Positions 27,391 through 34,231 of a DNA stretch of 34,231 nt are shown one piece after another (the stretch's first letter is position 1; each line of letters starts with the position of its first letter). Source of the DNA: Thermoproteota archaeon. Its GTDB lineage: Archaea; Korarchaeota; JAOZGF01; JAOZFZ01. A program made the translations under genes and the position numbers. The notes under the pieces were generated by a model. It was not told the DNA's origin, made no database searches, and saw only the letters and a list, made by a program, of their open reading frames with translations. The stretch is taken from the NCBI GenBank assembly GCA_027492035.1, contig JAOZFT010000002.1, positions 1-34,231 of the forward strand, read 5' to 3'.

Positions 27391-28671
27391 GTGAATAATC
27401 CATTGTTTACAGCTGTCCAAACATTTATTTTGATTTTTGTTTTAGTGGTAATTCTTTTAATAGCAGAGATTCATCACCGAGTAACTGTGATGTTTGTAGC
27501 GGTGTTATTAACAATTTATTTTGGGGTTCAGTACAGGTTATTTAGTTTAGACCAAGTTTACTCGTTTGTTGATTACGAAGTAATCCTTTTTATTTTAGGG
27601 ATCTTTATTTTGTTTGAGTCACTTGCTAAATCGAATCTTTTCGAATACATTTCCTATAAACTGTTCAGTTTCACCGAAGCAACTCCCAAAAAAACTTATT
27701 TCCTGTTAATTCTTTTAACTTTCCTTTTAAGTGTTTTTGTATCTAACATAACCGCTATAGCAGTTATAGGGGGTTTAACGATTTCCTTATATAAAAGGGC
27801 AGGTATTGATTTGGAGAAAGCTTTAATAGCTGAAGCAGTTGTCACTAACATAGGAGGATTAGTGCTTCCAATAAGTTCAGTGCCTAATGTAATCGTTTCT
27901 TCCACTGTTAAAATAGGTGTTACACAGTTTGTAACAGTTGCGTTCCCTATTTCATTGGTTTTACTGGCTTTTTTTGTTTTCATAACTTTAAAAACTGTTA
28001 AAAAAAGGGATACGGCAAGTTTTTTGGGAAGTGAAGGAAATGAAACATTTAAAAGAGAAGAGAAGAAACCGACTTACAAGGCATTCCTGATTTTTATTTC
28101 GTTCCTTTTACTTTTGATTTTGAATGAAAGAATAAATGTGCCTCCTTACTTAATTGCAATGAGTTTAGCTACTGTCATGTTATGGTTTAGTGGAATAGAT
28201 CCTAAAGATGTTTTCAAAGCAATTAATTGGGAACCTCTTTTCTTTGTTGCAAGTTTCTATGTTTTTGTTGAAGGAGTAAAAGCTTCAGGTGTTCTCGACA
28301 TAATTATTCATTTACTGAACCCTTTACTTGCATCCCCTACTTATGTTTCAGCTGCTGCATTGACTCTAGTGAGCGGTTTCATTTCAGCATTTATAGACAA
28401 CATACCTGTAACGTTGCTGCTTCTACCTATTGCAAGCAAATCCCTTAACCCTACACCCCTTTATTGGTCAATTATTTTAGGCGGAAATTTAGGCGGAAAC
28501 TTAACCCCTTTCGGTTCACCCTCAGTTATTATAGCTCTTTCAATGCTAAAAGAAAGAAAGGGAAAAATAAACCAAGTTAATTTCTTAAAAATATCAATAC
28601 TTCCAACTGTTCTTTGCTTAATTATTTCTTCAATTTACCTTTTAATTCTTAACATTTCAGGTTTCATATAA
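27391..28671 (+). CDS. ArsB/NhaD/SLC13-family ion transporter permease
   Basis: Polytopic; SVFVSNIT, NIGG..LPI...N, SAFIDNIP, GGNLGGNLTPFGS. Confidence 0.88.
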   Translation: MNNPLFTAVQTFILIFVLVVILLIAEIHHRVTVMFVAVLLTIYFGVQYRLFSLDQVYSFVDYEVILFILGIFILFESLAKSNLFEYISYKLFSFTEATPKKTYFLLILLTFLLSVFVSNITAIAVIGGLTISLYKRAGIDLEKALIAEAVVTNIGGLVLPISSVPNVIVSSTVKIGVTQFVTVAFPISLVLLAFFVFITLKTVKKRDTASFLGSEGNETFKREEKKPTYKAFLIFISFLLLLILNERINVPPYLIAMSLATVMLWFSGIDPKDVFKAINWEPLFFVASFYVFVEGVKASGVLDIIIHLLNPLLASPTYVSAAALTLVSGFISAFIDNIPVTLLLLPIASKSLNPTPLYWSIILGGNLGGNLTPFGSPSVIIALSMLKERKGKINQVNFLKISILPTVLCLIISSIYLLILNISGFI

Positions 28672-28922
28672 AAAATTTTCAATTTAACTCTCCTGCAGAG
28701 GAGCATATGAACAAAGGAATTGTTGACAGAAAGTAGATGGTGTTTAACAAAAACTTTAAACACTTTAATCTCACAGAAAACTTCTTTCTGAATAATTCAA
28801 CAAATTAAAGCTCATTTATTACTTCTTTAAGTCCTGAAAATAGGTTCAACTATAAATTTTCCGTTGTAGATAAGAGCAACTCTTTTTCGATCTGACTCAG
28901 TTTTTGATAAGGTAAAAAATTT

Positions 28923-28951
28923 ATATATGGATGGATTATCCAACCATATAT
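28923..28951. promoter_or_regulatory. 29-bp near-perfect palindrome overlapping the TATA-like box of nrdD (candidate operator)
   Basis: ATATATGG-A-TGGAT-T-ATCCA-A-CCATATAT, 13 of 14 pairs complementary, preceded by AAAAATTTATATA. Confidence 0.65.
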
Positions 28952-28973
28952 CTCTTCATCTGAAGTGAGGTTT

Positions 28974-31900
28974 ATGATAACTAAAATAAAGAAACGTGAC
29001 GGAAGGATTGTTCGGTTTAGGAAAGAGAAAATTGTTGAGGCAATTTGGAAAGGTATGCAAGCTGTAAATGTTGGAAATAAGGATTTAGCTGAAAAGTTGG
29101 CTGATGAAGTTTTAGAGCTTCTTGTTAATAGGTTAAAGCCTGGTGAAACAGCTTCTGTTGAACAAGTTCAGGATTTAGTTGAGGAAGTTTTGGTGAAAAA
29201 TGGCCAGTACAGGGTTGTGAAAGAGTATATTTTATACAGGGCTTTGCATGCACAAATTCGGGAATTAGTTGATGAGTATTTGTTGAAGAAAACTTGGCTT
29301 GTTAAAGAAAACGCTAACACCACTTACTCTTTACAGGCTTTAAATTTCCATGTTTCTTCTCAAGTAATTTCTAGGTACTGGCTTCATAAAATATATAAGT
29401 CAGCGCCTGAGGTGAGGAGGGCTCATTTAAACGGGGACTTCCACATTCATAACCTTGCAATTTTGGGGCCTTACTGTGTAGGTTGGGATTTACCGGATCT
29501 ATTATTGTCAGGGTTTAAGGGGGTTAAGGGTAAAATTGAAAGTAAACCTGCGAAGCATTTCAGGGTGGCTTTAGGTCAAATAGTTAATTTCTTCTTTACT
29601 CTTCAAGGTGAATCAGCCGGTGCTCAGGCTTTTTCAAGTTTTGACAGTTACCTTGCACCATTTATAAGGTATGATAACTTAAGTTACGAATCAGTAAAGC
29701 AAGCTTTGCAGGAGTTCATTTTCAATATGAATGTACCAACAAGGGTTGGTTTTCAATGTCTTTCTGAAGACACAGAAATATTGACCCCTTACGGATGGAA
29801 AACTTATAGGGAGTTAAAGGAGGGAAGCGTAATTTTTACTTTCAACCTGAAAACATGTCAACTTGAAAAAAGAAGGGTGGAAAGTGTTTTTGTTAAGAAG
29901 TACAAGGGAGTAATGTATAACTTACGGGGTGAAGCACAGAATCAACTTATTTCTCCTGGGCATAGAGTAGTTATTTTTCTCCCTAATAAAGGAAAATTTG
30001 AATTGAAGCCGATAGAAGAAATTTTAAAGTTTGGTTCACCTGTTTTAGTGCCTACAATTGCTGAAAACAATAACCTAGATTTTAACGTAAGCACTGATGA
30101 ATTAATGTTTTTTTCTTCAATTATTTCGCAAGGGATTGTTGGAGGAGGGAATGAAGAAGTATTTGTTCAAGCTGCAGAATCAGGGAAATGCTTTAACTAC
30201 GGAGAAGGGGGGAAATATATTCTTAAGCCTCCTTTTTCAAAAAATTCACTTAGTGATTTCAGTAACTTCTTCCGTGAATTGTTAGCTGAAAGAAGTAATA
30301 AGTTTTTCTTTCTCCTTTCTAATTTAAGTAAGGAACAGGCACGACTTATTTTGGATCACATAAAAGGAAAAAATTTAGGGGAAGGAAACAAGAAAATATT
30401 AATTGTAACTGATAGGAAAATTCTTGAAACACTTGAGTTTTTAGCTGTTTTGGCAGGTTTCAGTTTCAATGTAGAAAAAATTAAGTGTGAAGAAGGCGGC
30501 TGCAGACCTTTACATGTTTTAACTTTAAAAAAGGATCCTTACGAACCCATTCATTCAATAAAGAAAACCTATTATGAAGGTGTGATTTGGAGTGTTCATA
30601 CATCAAATGAAACAGTAATTGCTAAAAGGGAGGGACAAGTTTTCATAACAGGTAACACGCCCTTCACCAATGTCACCCTTGATCTTGAAGTTCCAAGTTT
30701 CATGAAGGACCAACTAGTTATTGTGGGAGGAAAAATTAAAGGTGAAGCTTATGGAGACTTCCAAAAAGAGGTGGATATTTTCAACAGGGCTTTAGCCGAG
30801 GTTATGTTGGAGGGAGATGCAGCTAAAAGGGTTTTCACTTTCCCAATACCTACGATTAACATCACTAAGGATTTTGAATGGGAAAGTGAAACGGTGAAAA
30901 CAGTTTTCCAAACATCAGCTAAGTACGGTATACCTTACTTTGCAAATTTTATTTGTTCCGAAATGAAACCAGAAGATGTTAGGAGTATGTGCTGCCACCT
31001 TCGCTTAGACAGGAGAGAATTAAGGAAAAGAGGGGGACTTTTCAATTCTTACCCATTGACAGGCAGCATAGGAGTTGTAACTCTTAACATGCCCAGAATA
31101 GGTTACCTTTCAAGAGATGAAGATGATTTTTTTGAAAAAGTTGCCGAGTTAATGAAGACAGCTAAAGTTGCACTTGAAATCAAAAGAGAATGGTTGGAGA
31201 AATTTACTGAGGAAGGACTGTACCCTTACTCTAAATTTTACTTAAGAAATATTAAAGAAATGTTGGGAAGTTACTGGAGTAATCACTTCAGCACAATAGG
31301 ACTTGTAGGAATGAATGAGTGCTGTTTAAACTTTCTAAGTTGTGACATGACAGATAAAGAAGGCGTTAAATTTGCAGAAAAGACGCTTGATTTCATGAAA
31401 AACATGGTTCAAAAGTTCCAAACAGAGACAGGTAACCTTTATAATTTAGAAGCTACACCTGCTGAAGGAGCCTCTTATCGTTTAGCAAAAATTGATAAAA
31501 CAAAATACCCAAACATAAAGGCTGCAAATAATGAAGCAGTTGAAAGAGGAGCTGAACCTTACTACACAAACTCTACACAGCTACCTGTATACTTTAAAGG
31601 CGGCCTCTGGAAAGCTTTAAAGCTGCAAGAAAAACTTCAAACAAAATATACAGGAGGAACAGTTTTCCATGTGTGGCTTGGAGAAAGCAGCCCCCCTGTT
31701 GAATCAGTAATAAATCTTGTAAAGAAAATATGTGAAAACTTCCAAATACCTTATTTCACCTTAACCCCAACTTTCAGTATATGTCCGTTTCACGGCTATA
31801 TTAAAGGGGAACATTTGACATGTCCAGAATGTAAATTAGAGGGGAGAAAAACAAAATGTGAAGTTTATTCAAGGGTTGTTGGTTACTTAAGGCCAATTGA

Positions 31901-31976
31901 TCAATGGAACCCGGGGAAACAGGAGGAATTTAAACAAAGGAAAACTTTCGATGAAGCAATGGCGACTTTAAAATGA
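28974..31976 (+). CDS. nrdD: Anaerobic (class III) ribonucleoside-triphosphate reductase with ATP-cone and one intein
   Basis: IKKRDGR ATP-cone, SMCC active-site cysteines, LEATPAE, YTGGT, two CxxH/CxxC Zn sites, glycyl-radical YSRVVGYLRP. ATG 28974 follows GTGAGG; GTG 28965 is an alternative start. Confidence 0.96.
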   Translation: MITKIKKRDGRIVRFRKEKIVEAIWKGMQAVNVGNKDLAEKLADEVLELLVNRLKPGETASVEQVQDLVEEVLVKNGQYRVVKEYILYRALHAQIRELVDEYLLKKTWLVKENANTTYSLQALNFHVSSQVISRYWLHKIYKSAPEVRRAHLNGDFHIHNLAILGPYCVGWDLPDLLLSGFKGVKGKIESKPAKHFRVALGQIVNFFFTLQGESAGAQAFSSFDSYLAPFIRYDNLSYESVKQALQEFIFNMNVPTRVGFQCLSEDTEILTPYGWKTYRELKEGSVIFTFNLKTCQLEKRRVESVFVKKYKGVMYNLRGEAQNQLISPGHRVVIFLPNKGKFELKPIEEILKFGSPVLVPTIAENNNLDFNVSTDELMFFSSIISQGIVGGGNEEVFVQAAESGKCFNYGEGGKYILKPPFSKNSLSDFSNFFRELLAERSNKFFFLLSNLSKEQARLILDHIKGKNLGEGNKKILIVTDRKILETLEFLAVLAGFSFNVEKIKCEEGGCRPLHVLTLKKDPYEPIHSIKKTYYEGVIWSVHTSNETVIAKREGQVFITGNTPFTNVTLDLEVPSFMKDQLVIVGGKIKGEAYGDFQKEVDIFNRALAEVMLEGDAAKRVFTFPIPTINITKDFEWESETVKTVFQTSAKYGIPYFANFICSEMKPEDVRSMCCHLRLDRRELRKRGGLFNSYPLTGSIGVVTLNMPRIGYLSRDEDDFFEKVAELMKTAKVALEIKREWLEKFTEEGLYPYSKFYLRNIKEMLGSYWSNHFSTIGLVGMNECCLNFLSCDMTDKEGVKFAEKTLDFMKNMVQKFQTETGNLYNLEATPAEGASYRLAKIDKTKYPNIKAANNEAVERGAEPYYTNSTQLPVYFKGGLWKALKLQEKLQTKYTGGTVFHVWLGESSPPVESVINLVKKICENFQIPYFTLTPTFSICPFHGYIKGEHLTCPECKLEGRKTKCEVYSRVVGYLRPIDQWNPGKQEEFKQRKTFDEAMATLK
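29757..30656 (+). mobile_element. Intein (300 aa) in NrdD with degenerate LAGLIDADG endonuclease
   Basis: Inserted between VGFQ and TPFTN; begins CLSEDTEILT, block B ISPGHRV, block F YEGVIWSV, ends ITGN with Thr as the +1 residue. Confidence 0.92.
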
Positions 31977-32686
31977 AAATTGGAGGTTTCCAAGAAATAA
32001 GTTTGCTGGATTACCCTGGAAAAATTTCCTCTATAGTATTTACTGTCACATGTAACTTAAGATGCCCCTTTTGCTATGTTCCTCAACTAGTGCTACCTAG
32101 CAAAATTAAAAAGTTGAAGTTAATACCTCAAAAACAAATTCTTTCTTACTTAGTAATGAATAAGGAATTAATAGATGCGGTGGTAGTAACTGGTGGAGAA
32201 CCTACTTTACAGCCTGATTTATATTTTTTCGTTAAAGAAGTTAAATCAGAAGGTTTTTTAGTTGCTTTAGAAACAAACGGAACCCACCCTGAGATATTGA
32301 AACACCTTATCAAAAACAAACTTGTTGATTACGTGGAAATGGACGTGAAAACAAGACTTGATTTCAACAAATACAATCAAGTAGTGGGTGGAAAACTAAC
32401 CATGCCCCTTTTCCAAAAAATAAAGGAATCAATTCACACTCTACTTAATTCACCAATAAATTACGAGTTCCGGACAACATTAATGAAGGAATTCCATTCC
32501 AAAGAAGACATAATTGAGGTATGTAAATCCTTAAAGGGAACTAGAAACTATTATTTACAAAACGTAAAAACTGAATATGAAACCTTGGCAGCTAAAACAT
32601 TCACGCCCTTCACAGAAAAAGAAATAAAAGAAATAATGACTCAATGCAAAAGATTCATCAACTCAGTTAACAGACGAACCATTTAA
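31973..32686 (+). CDS. nrdG: Anaerobic RNR activating enzyme (radical SAM)
   Basis: SLLDYPG, CNLRCPFCY, VTGGEPTLQ, ETNG, YEFRTT; ATGA overlap with nrdD. Confidence 0.95.
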   Translation: MKIGGFQEISLLDYPGKISSIVFTVTCNLRCPFCYVPQLVLPSKIKKLKLIPQKQILSYLVMNKELIDAVVVTGGEPTLQPDLYFFVKEVKSEGFLVALETNGTHPEILKHLIKNKLVDYVEMDVKTRLDFNKYNQVVGGKLTMPLFQKIKESIHTLLNSPINYEFRTTLMKEFHSKEDIIEVCKSLKGTRNYYLQNVKTEYETLAAKTFTPFTEKEIKEIMTQCKRFINSVNRRTI

Positions 32687-32860
32687 AACTATTCCAAACT
32701 ATAAAAACAGAGGTAGATGTTCTTGATATTTACTGTTTTACACAGTAAAGCACAGAAGGCGCCTTGCTTATAGGCAGGTAAAGAGAGTTACAACTTCCCT
32801 AATGTGTCCTACGACTCCCTCTTTCCCTTTGTCTCATGATTTGCAACAAAGTAAGCAAAG

Positions 32861-33216
32861 GAAAGCTTACGCCCCTCCAGGGTTGGGATAAATTGCATAG
32901 AAGGTGCATATGTGGTTCTTGTTCTTTCTTGCTCTTAATTGGTTGTACATCTTGCCAAGTGCTTTTATATAATCTTTTTGGGATGAAAGTTATACTCGTC
33001 TAAATGTCCGAGATATGGTTCATTGAGAGTATATAAACGCAAAAGGTTGTTTAAGTGCTTGAACTGTAGTTTGGAAGCTCACAGAGATGCTGTTGGTTGT
33101 GTTAATATAGGAGTTGCTCAAGACAGTAGTCTTGGGGAACTCATTAACGTGGCAGTGGCATGCCCCCTGCTCATAGAAGCAGAAACCTCTCAGGCTTTAG
33201 CGTGAGAGGATGTTAG
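32861..33216 (+). mobile_element. Internally deleted IS200/IS605-family element (TnpB 3' remnant with end hairpins)
   Basis: Left-end-like GAAAGCTTACGCCCCTCCAGGGTTGGG, a TnpB remnant, and a right-end hairpin CCTCTCAGGC-TTTA-GCGTGAGAGG followed by ATGTTAG. Boundaries are approximate. Confidence 0.6.
32982..33205 (+). pseudogene. tnpB: TnpB C-terminal fragment (Zn ribbon and RuvC-III)
   Basis: DESYT / 1-nt deletion / SKCPRYGS...FKCLNCSLEAHRDAVGCVNI matches TnpB 'E.YTS..CP.CG...F.C..C....RD..A..NI'. Confidence 0.85.
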
Positions 33217-33223
33217 TGTAGGT

Positions 33224-33685
33224 TTAGAGCATCTCAGCCAACCTTTGAATTTTAAATTCAGGGTTTATTGTTGCAAGTAACTTATTAAGATTTTTATCCT
33301 TTTTTAGGTTCTGAACGTCTTTATCTTCAGTTATCAACATGTCACATTTGTTCATGGCTGATGATAAAATTAAGCAGTCCACAAAATCTTTAAGTATGCC
33401 TCTGAGTTTGAAGGCTGTAAATAAGAGTTTGTTTTCATGTATTGGGATTTTTGTTATGGAATCCTCGTAAACTATGCTTTTTATACCTTTTATTGCTCTC
33501 TCAGGGGAAAGCATCCCTGTTACGATGTATTTTCCTCCTTTCGCTGAAAGTTCAAAGATGCTTATGTCACTTATAAATACTTCATAGCCTTCTTCCATTA
33601 ATTTGATGGGAGCCTCTTTTGGGAGACCTTTAACAGTGATCCCTATTGTTGGCAGGAAGTAGGTGGTGTCTAACAAAAGCTTCAA
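33224..33685 (-). CDS. vapC: PIN-domain toxin (VapC family)
   Basis: LLLDTTYFLP, SIFEL, DFVDCLILSSA, LITED. Confidence 0.88.
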   Translation of the reverse strand: MKLLLDTTYFLPTIGITVKGLPKEAPIKLMEEGYEVFISDISIFELSAKGGKYIVTGMLSPERAIKGIKSIVYEDSITKIPIHENKLLFTAFKLRGILKDFVDCLILSSAMNKCDMLITEDKDVQNLKKDKNLNKLLATINPEFKIQRLAEML

Positions 33686-33915
33686 GACTCTAACCTCTTA
33701 GAGAGTTCCTTTCTAAATTTGTGGAACTCTTCAAGTGTTATTTCAACAGGTTGAGGTTCACTTATTACTTCTTTAAGACTTGGAATGGGTTCAACTATAA
33801 GTTTTCCATTCTCAACTCTGTAAATAACTTTTTTGTGAGGGTGCAAACCAAGTTTTTCCCTTATTTCTTTAGGGGGAAACAATTCTCCTTTCGATCCAAC
33901 TCGACTTTTTTTCAT
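33682..33915 (-). CDS. AbrB/MazE/SpoVT-family antitoxin
   Basis: RVGSKGELFPPKEIREKLGL...V.YRVENGKLIVEP; 4-bp overlap with the PIN toxin. Confidence 0.9.
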   Translation of the reverse strand: MKKSRVGSKGELFPPKEIREKLGLHPHKKVIYRVENGKLIVEPIPSLKEVISEPQPVEITLEEFHKFRKELSKRLES

Positions 33916-34033
33916 TTTTCGAAATCACCGAATAATATTTATTTTTTCGATTTAATAAATGTTTAAGTTTTTCCCGTAAAACGTGATGACAAGGGTTTAC
34001 CCTTCCCTATATCTAATTCTCTATAGTATAATC

Positions 34034-34162
34034 ATGATGATAGTATAAATTAGATACAGAGAATTAGAAGAGTTCAAGAACACCGTGACATGGACTCTTG
34101 TATATGGAAGAAGGAAAACTGGGAAAAATTTTTTCATAAGGAACTTTACAAGGATGGGATAA
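34034..34162 (+). pseudogene. Remnant of an archaeal AAA ATPase (COG1672-like)
   Basis: MMIV*IRYRELEEF....WTLVYGRRKTGK.FFIRNF..* with Walker A YGRRKTGK; in-frame stops at 34046 and 34160. Confidence 0.75.
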
Positions 34163-34231
34163 CTTTGAGTGGAAGGCCCGTTCAGGAACTATTTAAGAAG
34201 TTGAATGAGCATAGGAAGGTTAAGCCAATGG

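Noticed and set aside
1930-27983. Antisense or alternate-frame ORFs in the track (e.g. 1930-2175, 2890-3096, 3455-3889, 3689-3946, 4797-5015, 6609-6863, 8767-9213, 11244-11504, 16187-16435, 19452-19847, 21934-22260, 25052-25285, 27696-27983)
   Set aside because: They overlap well-supported genes and carry no recognisable motifs; they are shadow ORFs.
1-34231. tRNA, rRNA, CRISPR arrays and Sec/Pyl read-through
   Set aside because: No GC-rich cloverleaf or rRNA-like stretch, no regularly spaced repeats, and the redox motifs examined all use ordinary Cys codons.

Overview
Low-GC (roughly one third G+C by eye) archaeal chromosomal window. Archaeal origin is inferred from TATA-like promoters, an archaeal ATP-dependent DNA ligase, VapBC pairs and an archaeal AAA-ATPase relic; a Bathyarchaeia/Thermoproteota-like host is a guess, not proven. 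Content is dominated by metal, sulfur and Fe-S handling: a MoeB/ThiF E1 enzyme, a metal ABC importer operon carrying an FmdE-family gene and a non-canonical binding protein, an MFS transporter, a NikR-family regulator divergent from a P1B heavy-metal ATPase, iscS-iscU plus an orphan ORF, a pair of ferredoxin-inserted MinD-like ATPases, a dsrE-tusA-sqr-DUF1641 operon, a SufT/DUF59 protein, an iron-sulfur flavoprotein and an Fe-S protein. Also present are deoC, a PRC-barrel protein, a class II aldolase, DNA ligase, EamA and ArsB/NhaD transporters, and nrdDG (nrdD carries a 300-aa intein and is preceded by a 29-bp palindrome). Decay scars include a frameshifted radical-SAM stump next to a VapBC pair, an MNT stump, a miniature IS200/IS605 (TnpB) derivative and an AAA-ATPase pseudogene. 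The best candidate for a new system is a TBP-like half-domain that appears to recur three times: fused to E1, stand-alone behind iscSU, and fused to a 4Fe-4S domain. No tRNA, rRNA or CRISPR array was seen.
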